The notes: generated by a model not told the origin, from the sequence alone. DNA of 32,000 bases from Vibrio vulnificus CMCP6 (GCF_000039765.1 NC_004459.3:3016104-3048103), one strand, 5' to 3'; shown: positions 17,396-28,236, numbered from the stretch's first letter. Numbers and translations: made by a program.

Positions 17396-20300
17396 TTAGT
17401 GTGCGTGTAAGTCATCAGATAAGTAACTAGTACGGTTATATACTGGTAAATTCTCCAGAGACTTCAACTGGTAGGCATACTTCTTAAGCAACTCAGCTCG
17501 TTTTTCAGCATCTTGATAATCTGCAAGCACCACAGCTTCTAAAGTCACCGTTGTCAAATCAACAGAGGCTGCTTCAGCTTCTTGCAACGCTTTAATGTCA
17601 TTCGTGAATGCAATCATATTCCAAGCGTAGCTGTTTTCTGGTGTAGCGTAGTAAGTAGTGCCGTTTGAGCGTTTAAACGTACGTAAATCACTCATTGAGC
17701 CAACAGGTTCACTTCGCATACTGATCTTGCGAGCTAATACTTCATCACGCTGATCCACCATATTTCCTGCTGAATGCCAAACCATTGCCGTCAAAATAGC
17801 TTTGGTCAATGGAACTTCTTCGAAACGAGGAAGCGCAAAGTAATTACGTACACTCCAACTACCGTAATATGGCATAGTTTCGACTTTATCGTCCCATGTT
17901 ATTGCAGTGAAGTCACCTTTTGGTCGAGAGTAATTACCTTGTTCATCTTTGAAGTTCAGATAAAGAAACTCTTCACCCAAAATCAAAGTATCTAGCAAGA
18001 GATCCCCTTTCGGATAGAACTGGAAAAATCCATTTGCTAACCCTGTCGTTTCTGGTAATTCTAACAGTGATGTCGTAGAGCGATCTGTTGAACGACGCAT
18101 ACCAACACGATCAACTAGTGCCACGGATGCCGCTAGTTTATCTGGCCAATGACCGATGTAATCGATGTAGTTAGAGTAGTTATTTACTGGAGCAGGACGT
18201 GGAGCCTTGCCACTGTTTAGGAACTTACCTATCTCACCTACAACTTTTTCCCCTGTTGCTAATGACGCTTTGATAGTGTCATCAAAACATGTCGTCGGGA
18301 CGAAGTTGATAGGGAAATTATTACGCATTGAATAATTGCCCATGATCTCTGCAAGTTTCTTGTAAGTAAATGAACCGTCAGCTTTCTCAATTTCACACGT
18401 ATGGTCTGGAGTAATCAGGATGTTTACAAGTTGATCACGCGCTTTATCAACAGCTAATGGAGCACCACAGTAAACGGCAAATGGCCAACGAGTTGCATTT
18501 GCTTCATCACTACAGAACGCTTCCTGTGCTTTTGGCAAGCCCTGCATTTGGATATGTGAAAGAGGGCTAGAGAATACTAACTCACGGTAGCGATCGTATA
18601 CATGTAGGGCATTACGCCAATCTTGGAACTCTTGAACTCGACGAACTGTGTAACTCATCATCGTCCCTTCAGAGAAGTTCTCTCTCATACCACGTACTGT
18701 ACGTTTGTAGTACAGGTCATCGTAAGTTTCTAACTTGTAAGACATAATTTCAGAACGGTTGCGCCCTTCATCATGACGGTTACAGTCATCATTTAAACTT
18801 ACATTTCCGTCAGTACAAAACGCAAAGTCTCTCATCGGAATCGCAGGGTTTTCCGATGCTAGCGCTTTGATTGTACCGTCACTTAGAAGATCCGAAGGTG
18901 CCTTGTAAGGATCAAGAATCTCCTCGCGAAGCTGCGCATCATACTGGCCAGCATCGAGATAAACAGTTTGCTCGCTCGTGGTATTGTCTGCTTGATTCAC
19001 TACCGTTTCAGTAGCTTCAACTTGACGCTTATAACCAAAACGTAAAGCGGCCAAATCATAAGGACCAAAAACTGGTAGTGCATTCAATAGCGATGGGTTG
19101 TAATCCATGATCGATGAATACCCAGGTACTACTTTCAGACCGTGCTCGGCAAGCTCATGATCTTTAAAGTAGTTTGAAGCATCATTACTACCTTTGAAGT
19201 TGTGACGAAGACCAAAGTTATGGCCTAGCTCATGTACAAGCGTTTTCGCATAGAATACGCCAACAATGAACAGGCTCAGCTCTTCTTGTTGTTTCTCCGT
19301 CAAATCAGCCCATTCTTTTAGGCTACCAACTTCGCCTATTTGACCATTGTTCCAAAGAGATGCATCTTGGAAGTTGAAGCTCATACCACCAATAGAACTT
19401 GGCAGACTCTTCAATGTAGCACCAGATCGAAGCGCTGAAACTGGGTACATATTGTTCTCAGCCCACAGACGACGCTCCAACTCTTTGATAGCACTTAAAT
19501 CTTCAAATGAGACATTCTCATCATTGGCTTCAAGTTCTTCTTTAACAGCGGCAATGACATCGGCCATAGACTCATTCGCCATTGGAGATTGCTCAAACGC
19601 AACCATATCTCCCAAAGAAACAACTTCTGTAGACTGAGACGCTTCAGTAATAGAGGCGACAGAGTTTGATGTAGTTGATTCTCCAGTGCTGTTTGTCGCG
19701 TTAGATGTAGAACCTGTATCCGGTTTTGCAACTAATTCAACTCGCCCTTTGTTATAATCTTGAGCAATACGATCCCATAGCCAATCAGAGATTGAACGCA
19801 AAACACCTGAGTACTGGTTTACATGTGCGTGAACAATTTCGCCTGTCAACGGGTTAACCGCTGAGGGGCCATACCCAGCCAAACCATTGTCTAGTGGCTC
19901 ATCAATCAAGTTGATAACATTGTATCTCAAATCACCTGACAACTTACCTGAAGGTTCGTGAAGACGAATTTTGGGAACACCCACTTTCTCTAACTGTGGA
20001 TTAATTCGGTCAATAACATCTTTCGTGACCTGCTTAAAGAACCGTGTTTCTTCGTTTTGATCAAAACTGTCCGAAAGATGGTAATCAATAAATTCTAGGC
20101 TTGGGTTAAAACGGTGAAGATAGCTAAACTTCTGATCAAATTGTCCATCTACATACGATGGATCAGGACGGCCTACTTCATTAGCAAAGAAGCCAAAAGT
20201 ATCCTCATCACCTTTCAGATACATCACTGGTTCATATTCTGTCGATGAAGAGCGAACAAGGTCGAGAGGCACAAGAGAATAGAATTGAGATGCCGTAAAC

Positions 20301-21040
20301 GACAACTTATCCATGTCAAAGCCGTTACTACTTAAGGAGTTAATCATGCAGCGCCAGTTGTTTGCGATACGATAATCTTGTTTAACTTCAAAGTTAATTA
20401 CGCCATCGGCTGTAACTTCGTATCCCTTCCAACCCGTGTTAGCGTTTGCAGCAACTCGAGGGCTACCCACTTTCGTATAACATCCACTTGCGAATGTGAA
20501 TAACTGGTTCCATGTTGCTTCAGCAACTTTTACATCATCAAAGCTAGGTTCAAAAAAGCGGCGGTCTTGCCAACGCACTTCATTGTTATCTACTTTTTCT
20601 TCTTTATTCGTACACTCCCCGTAGTCATTTTCACGACATTGGTAGTCTACGTAGTCAACTGGAATGGAAAGAACTAGACTTGTGTCGTCTGGATTATTGA
20701 TCCAACGTCCTAATTGACCTTTATCAATTTCTCCCTGGCTAATGACGTCAGGGCTAATCATTCGTACCTTCAACTCGCCAGATCCCGAGTTATCCTGGCT
20801 CGCTTCAAACGCCAAAGTTACAAGCTTTTCTTGTCCCTGCATAAACGGGGCCATTGAGCCTGCAAACTTAGGAGCGTTCGCCATAGATGGCATATAAAGA
20901 TAAACTTGGTCTGTTTTTACATTCGTTTTTTCAAACGAATTTTCTGGTTTGCTTAGTGTGTCATATGCTTGGTCATCTGCGCCACAGCCGGCTAAAATAG
21001 CTGTTATTGCAGACGCTAATGCTACTTTTTTAAAATGCAT
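17396..21040 (-). CDS. Large zinc-dependent metalloprotease lipoprotein (metzincin-type)
   Basis: Lipobox ITAILAGCG; VHELGHNFGLRHNFKG (HExxHxxGxxH) followed by a Met-turn-like SSIMDYNP. Confidence 0.88.
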   Translation of the reverse strand: MHFKKVALASAITAILAGCGADDQAYDTLSKPENSFEKTNVKTDQVYLYMPSMANAPKFAGSMAPFMQGQEKLVTLAFEASQDNSGSGELKVRMISPDVISQGEIDKGQLGRWINNPDDTSLVLSIPVDYVDYQCRENDYGECTNKEEKVDNNEVRWQDRRFFEPSFDDVKVAEATWNQLFTFASGCYTKVGSPRVAANANTGWKGYEVTADGVINFEVKQDYRIANNWRCMINSLSSNGFDMDKLSFTASQFYSLVPLDLVRSSSTEYEPVMYLKGDEDTFGFFANEVGRPDPSYVDGQFDQKFSYLHRFNPSLEFIDYHLSDSFDQNEETRFFKQVTKDVIDRINPQLEKVGVPKIRLHEPSGKLSGDLRYNVINLIDEPLDNGLAGYGPSAVNPLTGEIVHAHVNQYSGVLRSISDWLWDRIAQDYNKGRVELVAKPDTGSTSNATNSTGESTTSNSVASITEASQSTEVVSLGDMVAFEQSPMANESMADVIAAVKEELEANDENVSFEDLSAIKELERRLWAENNMYPVSALRSGATLKSLPSSIGGMSFNFQDASLWNNGQIGEVGSLKEWADLTEKQQEELSLFIVGVFYAKTLVHELGHNFGLRHNFKGSNDASNYFKDHELAEHGLKVVPGYSSIMDYNPSLLNALPVFGPYDLAALRFGYKRQVEATETVVNQADNTTSEQTVYLDAGQYDAQLREEILDPYKAPSDLLSDGTIKALASENPAIPMRDFAFCTDGNVSLNDDCNRHDEGRNRSEIMSYKLETYDDLYYKRTVRGMRENFSEGTMMSYTVRRVQEFQDWRNALHVYDRYRELVFSSPLSHIQMQGLPKAQEAFCSDEANATRWPFAVYCGAPLAVDKARDQLVNILITPDHTCEIEKADGSFTYKKLAEIMGNYSMRNNFPINFVPTTCFDDTIKASLATGEKVVGEIGKFLNSGKAPRPAPVNNYSNYIDYIGHWPDKLAASVALVDRVGMRRSTDRSTTSLLELPETTGLANGFFQFYPKGDLLLDTLILGEEFLYLNFKDEQGNYSRPKGDFTAITWDDKVETMPYYGSWSVRNYFALPRFEEVPLTKAILTAMVWHSAGNMVDQRDEVLARKISMRSEPVGSMSDLRTFKRSNGTTYYATPENSYAWNMIAFTNDIKALQEAEAASVDLTTVTLEAVVLADYQDAEKRAELLKKYAYQLKSLENLPVYNRTSYLSDDLHAH

Positions 21041-21069
21041 ATTATCGTCCTGTTATAATATTTTTTTCC

Positions 21070-21936
21070 CTAGAAAGAGAACGTTAGTTGTGCAATATAG
21101 GTCGCTTTATCAGTATCGAACAAATCGATATTGCCTAGCGTTCCTCGCTCTGCGTCTGAATAGAAACCTGCCGTTGATACCGTGAATGACGTAGACCAGT
21201 TATCAGTAATCCCATATGAGGCATATGCTGACGCCCCATAAGTAAACTGACGACTGCGAGTTCCTTTGTAACTCATGCCATTACCGCCTAAAGCCGAAGC
21301 TCCAATCGTTAGATCATCAAAACTATAACTACCGCCTACAGAGATGGAGTAAACCCATTCGGTTAAAACTCGGCCATTCATGGTTTCATACTTGTAAAAG
21401 TTTTTTCTCACTCTAGGCGTAACGGAATAATTTCCGCCTAGCATTTGAAAACGAATTGGGGTTGATATCCGAATCGCTGTATATAGCTTGGTGTCTTGTG
21501 ATATTTCTGACGTAGGAATGGTTAGCTGGCCACTTAACCCTATCTTACCTGTCTCACCAAACTCGTAGATATTGGAGTAACTTGCTCCAAAAACAGAGTC
21601 TGTTGCATAAGTACCGACTTTATCTTCTAAGGCTCTATAGCCACCTGTAGAAAAATATAGGCCAGTCTTATTTGATAACTTGTAGTTAAGAGTTCCATTC
21701 CATGAAAAGTTTCTAACCGAGCGATAATCATTCGTGTCGTATAGATTACTGTCATAGGCAAGTGAAGCAGAACCGCTGACATTACACCAAATACACGAAG
21801 ACTGTGCTTCTGAGGTCGATTCCGTGTTGCTTTCGCCATTAGTTTGACTATTTTCTTCTGCATATATAGAAGAAGAAAATAATGCACCTAATAGAATAGC
21901 GAGCGGCGTTATCTTCCACTTTGTTGTGTGCTGCAT
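21070..21936 (-). CDS. Outer-membrane beta-barrel protein
   Basis: Signal peptide (LLGALFSSSIYAEE), alternating beta-strand pattern and terminal YIAQLTFSF; start probably MQHTTKW. Confidence 0.7.
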   Translation of the reverse strand: MQHTTKWKITPLAILLGALFSSSIYAEENSQTNGESNTESTSEAQSSCIWCNVSGSASLAYDSNLYDTNDYRSVRNFSWNGTLNYKLSNKTGLYFSTGGYRALEDKVGTYATDSVFGASYSNIYEFGETGKIGLSGQLTIPTSEISQDTKLYTAIRISTPIRFQMLGGNYSVTPRVRKNFYKYETMNGRVLTEWVYSISVGGSYSFDDLTIGASALGGNGMSYKGTRSRQFTYGASAYASYGITDNWSTSFTVSTAGFYSDAERGTLGNIDLFDTDKATYIAQLTFSF

Positions 21937-22166
21937 ATTGTTAACTTCCATGAGATTTAAGTTTATTTGAATAAACTTAAGTTAAACGGTTTACCGAATT
22001 ACATTTGCACGTGTCCTTCGTAACAAATTGTTCCGATAAGCCTATTAACCGTAAAGAGTTCTCTTTACGGTTAAATTCCATATTTATTTTTCAATTTAAC
22101 GCTTGTGCTACTTTATAGAAAATAATATTAAATTCTAAAAAATTCACTTTTTCTATATGTAACAAA

Positions 22167-22997
22167 TTATGATATTTTTCGAGTCACTTCTCTTTTTTTA
22201 ACTCTGTATTTTGGATGCGTTATTGGTATCGCTGAAAGCAATTTTTTTGTGTAGTCATTTTGTGGATTATTGTATAGCTCTACTGATTTACCATACTCCA
22301 CGATTTCACCAAAATACATCACTGCAACATTATCTGACACTTGTCTCACTACTGATAAATCGTGTGAAATAAAGATAATGGCTAAGTTCATTTCTTGCTG
22401 TAATTTTAAAAGCAAGTTAATGATTTGCGCTTGGACAGAGACATCGAGCGCGGAAACCGATTCATCACAGATAAGCAGCTTGGGTTTTAATGCAATCGCT
22501 CTTGCGATACCAATACGTTGACGCTGTCCACCGGAGAATTCATGTGGATACCGATTGATCGCGTTCGCAGGGAGCCCCACCTTCTCGAGTAACTCCAATA
22601 CCCATTGCTTTCTTTCTTGCTGCGTTCCTACTTTGTGAATAATGAAAGGCTCTTCCAAAATCATACCTATCGTATGTCGCTGATTTAACGACTCAAGTGG
22701 ATCTTGAAAGACAATTTGCATCTCTTTACGCAAAGGACGCATCTCTTTTGCAGAGAGTTTCGTAATATCACGTCCTTCAAAGAAGATCTTTCCGTCTGTT
22801 GGCTCAAATAGCTTGAGAATAGTGCGACCAAGCGTGCTTTTCCCACACCCCGACTCGCCAACAAGACCTAAAGTTTCTCCTCGTTTCACTGTTAAGGAAA
22901 CACCGTCAACGGCTTTTACGGTATATCCCTTGGAAAAAAGTTTTTTCCCTGAAACAAAGTGTTGCTTCAATCCTTCGATTCTCAGTATCTCATCCAT
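22167..22997 (-). CDS. Peptide ABC transporter ATP-binding protein (OppF/DppF type)
   Basis: Walker [12 protein letters not shown], signature SGGQRQRIGIARA, Walker B LLICDES. Confidence 0.92.
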   Translation of the reverse strand: MDEILRIEGLKQHFVSGKKLFSKGYTVKAVDGVSLTVKRGETLGLVGESGCGKSTLGRTILKLFEPTDGKIFFEGRDITKLSAKEMRPLRKEMQIVFQDPLESLNQRHTIGMILEEPFIIHKVGTQQERKQWVLELLEKVGLPANAINRYPHEFSGGQRQRIGIARAIALKPKLLICDESVSALDVSVQAQIINLLLKLQQEMNLAIIFISHDLSVVRQVSDNVAVMYFGEIVEYGKSVELYNNPQNDYTKKLLSAIPITHPKYRVKKREVTRKIS

Positions 22998-22999
22998 AA

Positions 23000-23866
23000 T
23001 TAACCTCGAAACTCAGGAAATTTTGAAACGTCAATCGGCTTAATTTCGATCAATTGTTTAGGTTCATGCTCTAAACTTGGCATCAATCCCATCAACCGTT
23101 CTGTATAAGGGTGTTTAGGGGCATCAAACAATTCAAAAACATCGGCATATTCGACTATCTTGCCGCCATACATGACCGCTACATCATCACATATCTCCGC
23201 AACGACACCGAGATCATGGGTAATAAAGATAACCGCCATGCCGGTTTCTTCTTGCAGTTCGTTAATCAACTCCAAAATTGAGGCCTGAACGGTAACATCT
23301 AGAGCGGTTGTGGGTTCGTCGCAAATCAGGATCTCAGGCTTGCAAGCCAACGCCATTGCGATCATGACTCGCTGTCTCATACCACCAGATAAATTATGTG
23401 GGTACTCATCTAAGCGCTTTTCAGGCATTGGGATGCGAACTTTTTTCAACATTTCCAACGCCTGTTCACGACGGGCTTTTCTATCCAAATCAGGTCGATG
23501 AAGCTTCAATACTTCCATAAGCTGCTTACCTACCGTATGGACAGGATTGAGTGCTGTCATAGGATCTTGGAAGATGATCGAAATACGATCGCCACGCATG
23601 GCATACATTTCATCCGCTGGAAGAGTGACGAGATCTTTGCCTCGATAGAGGATTTCGCCACCAATAACTCGTCCATACGGCTTAGGTAGCAAGCCCATGA
23701 TAGACATGGACGTGACACTTTTCCCGCATCCGGATTCGCCAACCAAACCTAGTGTACGTCCTTTTTTTACATCAAAACTTACACCGTGGAGTACTTGTAC
23801 AGCACCATCATCCGTTTGAAACTCAGTCTCTAAGTTTTTAACGCTTAGAACTACTTCACTGTTCAT
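23000..23866 (-). CDS. Peptide ABC transporter ATP-binding protein (OppD/DppD type)
   Basis: Walker [12 protein letters not shown], signature [13 protein letters not shown], Walker [13 protein letters not shown]. Confidence 0.92.
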   Translation of the reverse strand: MNSEVVLSVKNLETEFQTDDGAVQVLHGVSFDVKKGRTLGLVGESGCGKSVTSMSIMGLLPKPYGRVIGGEILYRGKDLVTLPADEMYAMRGDRISIIFQDPMTALNPVHTVGKQLMEVLKLHRPDLDRKARREQALEMLKKVRIPMPEKRLDEYPHNLSGGMRQRVMIAMALACKPEILICDEPTTALDVTVQASILELINELQEETGMAVIFITHDLGVVAEICDDVAVMYGGKIVEYADVFELFDAPKHPYTERLMGLMPSLEHEPKQLIEIKPIDVSKFPEFRG

Positions 23867-23884
23867 CTTCCTGATCCTACCTAA

Positions 23885-25726
23885 TTACATCTTGTATCTG
23901 TCATCAACAACGGCAACTTTCGGGAATGTCTTACCTGACTTCATCGCTTTCTCAGTTTCCTTTTTGAGCTCTTTATCGATCCAGAAATTTCCGATATCCA
24001 TTGGATGGAAGATGTTTTCTGTCGCCTTAGTCATTGCTGTTTGAGGTGTTTTCAACCAACGCCAATGAACTGCGCGGGTGTAAGGAACCATGTAACCAGG
24101 GACAATAATATTGGCTTCTGCTACGTACTCTTGAATTTGGTGAGAAAGTGCAAAACGTTTCTCTTGGTCAAATTCAGCATCGTATGCTTCGATCAACTTA
24201 TCTAACTCAGGACTGCTGTAATTGGTATGAGCGTTGGTTTGAGGTTTATTGGCATTGTCTGAATGCAAATATTCCCAATATGCAGGGATTTCACCTGAGC
24301 CCATGTTGAGAAATGCCAGTTGATGTTTCTTTTCAAGGATGTATTTAAAGGCTGAAGAGCCATCCACCAGGTTCAAAGTAAACTCCAAGCCAGCTAGTTT
24401 AGCTTGCTCTTTTAAGAAGGCGATTCGAGGAGTCCACGATTGGTAGCCGTAAGTAATGGCAAAAGACAATCTTTGCCCTTTTTCGTTCACGCGAATACCA
24501 TCAGCACCGATTTTGTCGAAGCCTGCTTTCTCAAAATATGCGATGGCTTTTTCTGCATCAAATTCAGGTGCTTTATTGTCTGGTTTGTCATATTGTCCGT
24601 GACCGAAACCAAGACCATGAGGCTTACGGGAATAATCGCCACGCATGATGTTCGTGATCATACCGTCATAGTCTGTTGAAAGCATGATCCCCTTACGAAC
24701 ATTGATGTCATCCAGTAGCGGCATAGCAGTATTCATCCACAAACCACCAGCGCCCTGTGGAGCTTGGTTGTAACCCCAAAACTTCTGGATATACCCTTTC
24801 TCAAAGCCTTCAGAATCGGCTTTGCTGTGCCAATACTCTGGTAGAATCATATCGAAGAAATCAAGACTGCCTTTTTCGAAATGTTTCAAGGCAATATCTT
24901 GATCACGAATGACATTGATGCGAACTTTGTCAACATTGTAGCGGTTTTGATAATAGCGATTACTGTAGCCCCACCAATCCTCGCCAACGTGCTTAAAAGT
25001 AACGCGTTTGCCTTTTTCTACATTGTCCATGTAATAAGCGGCTGTAGTGGGTTCTGCCTTAAAGTTAAATGCACGAACAAAGTTGTCTGGCATACCATCT
25101 TTATTGTCGTCTTTAGTGCCTTTAAAAAAGTGCTCAGGACGAGGTTGCACACCATTACTTGGCATGTTGATCAGCACCATTAAAGCATCATCACTCTGCG
25201 CAGTGGCCGTTTTGATAGCAATGGTGTAGTCGTCATACTTGACAACTTCTTTTATGCTGTTGGTGAAGAAATCGTTATACCAAGGGTCGATGATGTCCTT
25301 TGACTGATAATACTTCATCATAAACACATAATCGTCGGCGGTAACACTTTCACCATCAGACCACTTTGCGTTCTTATCCAGCTTGAAGTAGACGGTTTTG
25401 TTGTCCGCATCAAAAGCCCAAGAGTCTGCTAATTGAGGAATCCATTTGCCTGTATTAGGGTGACGCTGCGCGAGTTTTGGCGCGCCATCCATGAAGTAAT
25501 GGCGTAAACCAGAGTTAGCATCAGGACCAACACTTCTCAGTGTCTGAGGAAAACTCACCATATAGGTCGTTAGCGTACCGCCACGTTTGGCCTCTTCTGA
25601 AGCAAATAGCGGCTCGTTTTTATTCGTTAACCAATTAAGGTCACTAGGCAGAGATTGTGCGAATGTCTGAAAACTCAAAGCAGACAAAGCGGCTAATGTA
25701 GCGAGACTTACTTTTGTGTATTGCAT
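23885..25726 (-). CDS. Extracellular solute-binding protein family 5 (YejA-like)
   Basis: Signal peptide; EEAKRGGTLTTYMVSFPQTLRSVGPDANS and peptide-binding SBP architecture. Confidence 0.88.
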   Translation of the reverse strand: MQYTKVSLATLAALSALSFQTFAQSLPSDLNWLTNKNEPLFASEEAKRGGTLTTYMVSFPQTLRSVGPDANSGLRHYFMDGAPKLAQRHPNTGKWIPQLADSWAFDADNKTVYFKLDKNAKWSDGESVTADDYVFMMKYYQSKDIIDPWYNDFFTNSIKEVVKYDDYTIAIKTATAQSDDALMVLINMPSNGVQPRPEHFFKGTKDDNKDGMPDNFVRAFNFKAEPTTAAYYMDNVEKGKRVTFKHVGEDWWGYSNRYYQNRYNVDKVRINVIRDQDIALKHFEKGSLDFFDMILPEYWHSKADSEGFEKGYIQKFWGYNQAPQGAGGLWMNTAMPLLDDINVRKGIMLSTDYDGMITNIMRGDYSRKPHGLGFGHGQYDKPDNKAPEFDAEKAIAYFEKAGFDKIGADGIRVNEKGQRLSFAITYGYQSWTPRIAFLKEQAKLAGLEFTLNLVDGSSAFKYILEKKHQLAFLNMGSGEIPAYWEYLHSDNANKPQTNAHTNYSSPELDKLIEAYDAEFDQEKRFALSHQIQEYVAEANIIVPGYMVPYTRAVHWRWLKTPQTAMTKATENIFHPMDIGNFWIDKELKKETEKAMKSGKTFPKVAVVDDRYKM

Positions 25727-25752
25727 CTGTGTATCTTCCTTGAAACTGATAC

Positions 25753-26796
25753 TTATACGTATCGAGTAAATTTCTTTGGATCAAAGGCTGCGCGAATTGC
25801 TTCACCAATAAAAGTCACCATAACTAATACCGCTACGATAGACGTAACGACAGATGACACGATCCAAGGAGAGTCTAAGTTCGATTTACCTTGTTGTAAT
25901 AATTCACCCCAACTTGGTGTTGGTGGCATTAGGCCTAGCCCTAAATAGTCTAAAGCGGTTAGCGCTGTAATGTTACCCGCAATGGTGAACGGAGCTAGGG
26001 TTACTATCATCACCATTGTATTCGGCAAAATATGGTGCAATAGAATTCGCATAGTCGAGGCACCTAGCGCTTTCGCAGCCATGACATATTCTCGAGCAGA
26101 TTCTTTATATGTCATGGTACGCATGTACCAAGTCATCCCCATCCAGCCAAATAACACGTTTATAGCGACAAATAACGCGAAGGTTGGTTGGGTGATAGAA
26201 ACGAGAATCATAATGACATAGAGGAACGGCACCATAGACCATATTTCAATCAGCCTTTGGACGAACAGATCAAACTTGCCACCAAAGAATCCCATTGCAC
26301 AACCGACTACGGTGCCAATCGCATAGGATATCGCCATCGTAACTAGCGCAAATCCCATCGCAGTTCTAAAGCCATACACCAAGCGCGCTAAAATATCTCG
26401 TCCGATGACATCAGTCCCTAGATAATGCTTCGTCTCTGCATTGGGCGCGGTTGGAGGAAAGTCACCCGAGAAATCTTGTTCGTACGGATTCCAAGGAACA
26501 ATTGGCATGAGTACAAAGTTGCCTTCATCCGCTTGGGCAAACTTTTTCTGCAGCACACGATAATCCGCTTCACTAGCATAATCCAAACCGAAATCTGTTC
26601 CTGAACGTACATCACTAATCACAGGGAAAAACCAATCCCCTTGGTACTTTACGATAAGAGCTTTGCTATTAACTAATAACTCAGCGAATAGAGACAGAAC
26701 CAGTAAAGTAGCGAGAACAATAAATGACCAATAGCCACGTTTAATATTCTTGAACGCCTTAATTTTCTTTTGAGTTAATGGGCTTACAGTAAACAT
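25753..26796 (-). CDS. Peptide ABC transporter permease (YejE-like)
   Basis: HYLGTDVIGRDILARLVYGFRTAM and EYVMAAKALGASTMRILLHHILPN permease signatures. Confidence 0.9.
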   Translation of the reverse strand: MFTVSPLTQKKIKAFKNIKRGYWSFIVLATLLVLSLFAELLVNSKALIVKYQGDWFFPVISDVRSGTDFGLDYASEADYRVLQKKFAQADEGNFVLMPIVPWNPYEQDFSGDFPPTAPNAETKHYLGTDVIGRDILARLVYGFRTAMGFALVTMAISYAIGTVVGCAMGFFGGKFDLFVQRLIEIWSMVPFLYVIMILVSITQPTFALFVAINVLFGWMGMTWYMRTMTYKESAREYVMAAKALGASTMRILLHHILPNTMVMIVTLAPFTIAGNITALTALDYLGLGLMPPTPSWGELLQQGKSNLDSPWIVSSVVTSIVAVLVMVTFIGEAIRAAFDPKKFTRYV

Positions 26797-27818
26797 CAGG
26801 CACCAAACCTTACTCGTGGGTCAGTTAATGCCACACAAAGATCTGAAAGAATATTGCCCACCATCAACATAACAGCATTAATAGCAACAATACCCATTAC
26901 AACGGGGTAATCACGCTCAATAATAGATTCGTAACCAAGAAGCCCTATACCATCGATATTAAAAATAACTTCGATCAAAAATGAACCTGTCATAAAGAAC
27001 AATAGAGAATTACCAAAATGACTTGCGATTGGAATTAAGCTATTTTGCAAAGCATGCTTTTTCACTGCTTTTTTAAAAGGCAGCCCCTTAGAAATCGCGG
27101 TACGAATATAATCTGAAGAAAGGTTTTCCATTAAACTATTCTTCATCGTCATTGTTAACGTCGCAAAGTCGCCAATCAAATAACAAATAAGCGGCAAGAC
27201 TGCGTGCCACATAATATCTTTAAATTGAAGCCAGAAGGTTTCATAGTCGTCAAAGTCATCGCCGACAAAACCACCCATAGGAAACCATTCAAGGTTATAG
27301 GCAAAAACGGTGATCAAAAATACGCCAACAACATAACCAGGCAAAGCATAACCAACAAAAATCATTATCGATGATGCAGAGTCAAAAACAGAACCGTGCT
27401 TTATAGCTTTGTAATAACCTAAGGGTATGGAAATAAAATAACTGATAAAAAACGTCATGCCGCCATAAAATAAGGAAACAGGAAGACGCTCTGCGATCAT
27501 AGTCCCAACAGGCTCATAATAGCGTGTGGATTCACCGAAATCTAAGACAAGAAGACGAGTCAACCAATCCCAATAAGCTTCAACAACTGGTTTATCTAAA
27601 CCGTAGAAAGCGTTTAGCTCTGCCATTTGATCTTCGGAAAGGGCCGAATTGTTACCAGCGACACTGACCGTAGCGCTATCACTGCCAGAATGCATGCTTG
27701 CCAGCATACGCTCTACAGGGCCACCAGGCACAAAACGGGTAATGGCAAAAATTAAGATGGTAATGCCAAGAAACGTCGGCACGATTAACGCCATACGTCT
27801 GAGGATATAAGATAACAC
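26796..27818 (-). CDS. Peptide ABC transporter permease (YejB-like)
   Basis: MLSYILRRMALIVPTFLGITILIFAITRFVPGGPVE; DYIRTAISKGLPFKKAVKKHALQNSLIP. Confidence 0.9.
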   Translation of the reverse strand: MLSYILRRMALIVPTFLGITILIFAITRFVPGGPVERMLASMHSGSDSATVSVAGNNSALSEDQMAELNAFYGLDKPVVEAYWDWLTRLLVLDFGESTRYYEPVGTMIAERLPVSLFYGGMTFFISYFISIPLGYYKAIKHGSVFDSASSIMIFVGYALPGYVVGVFLITVFAYNLEWFPMGGFVGDDFDDYETFWLQFKDIMWHAVLPLICYLIGDFATLTMTMKNSLMENLSSDYIRTAISKGLPFKKAVKKHALQNSLIPIASHFGNSLLFFMTGSFLIEVIFNIDGIGLLGYESIIERDYPVVMGIVAINAVMLMVGNILSDLCVALTDPRVRFGA

Positions 27819-28236
27819 CTACGCTCTAACTCCATGCTGTGACAAATTGATTGCCTTAAGACCACAACGACCTTGTTGCGGCCAAACGATAACTTCTGAT
27901 GATATATAATCACAAAAGTATCAATAAGTACGTTCTCAGTTACAATCCGCAACATTTGAACGCTCAGTCTTACATATATTTTTTAGTCAATCACACGGTA
28001 AAACGTATGAAAGTGTGGTTATGATTACGAATAATTAACACACAAGCATCAATTAAAAACCAAATGTTAGGGTGATATCAAATTCGGCTTTTCTAATATA
28101 GAGCGCGTTACGGATACAAACATGCATAGATAGTCGACTCCCATTCACTTTACCGCATAACAAACCCATTCACCGAACCAATAGAAAACTCAACAATCCA
28201 AAAGTCATTTGATTTTACTTGCCCTATCAAATAAAA

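Noticed and set aside
27819-28236. A small RNA or riboswitch in the long AT-rich gap upstream of the yejB-like gene
   Set aside because: No convincing conserved fold by eye, and the only clear hairpin (28237-28267) is explained as the pyrF terminator. It would need Rfam/Infernal and RNA-seq.
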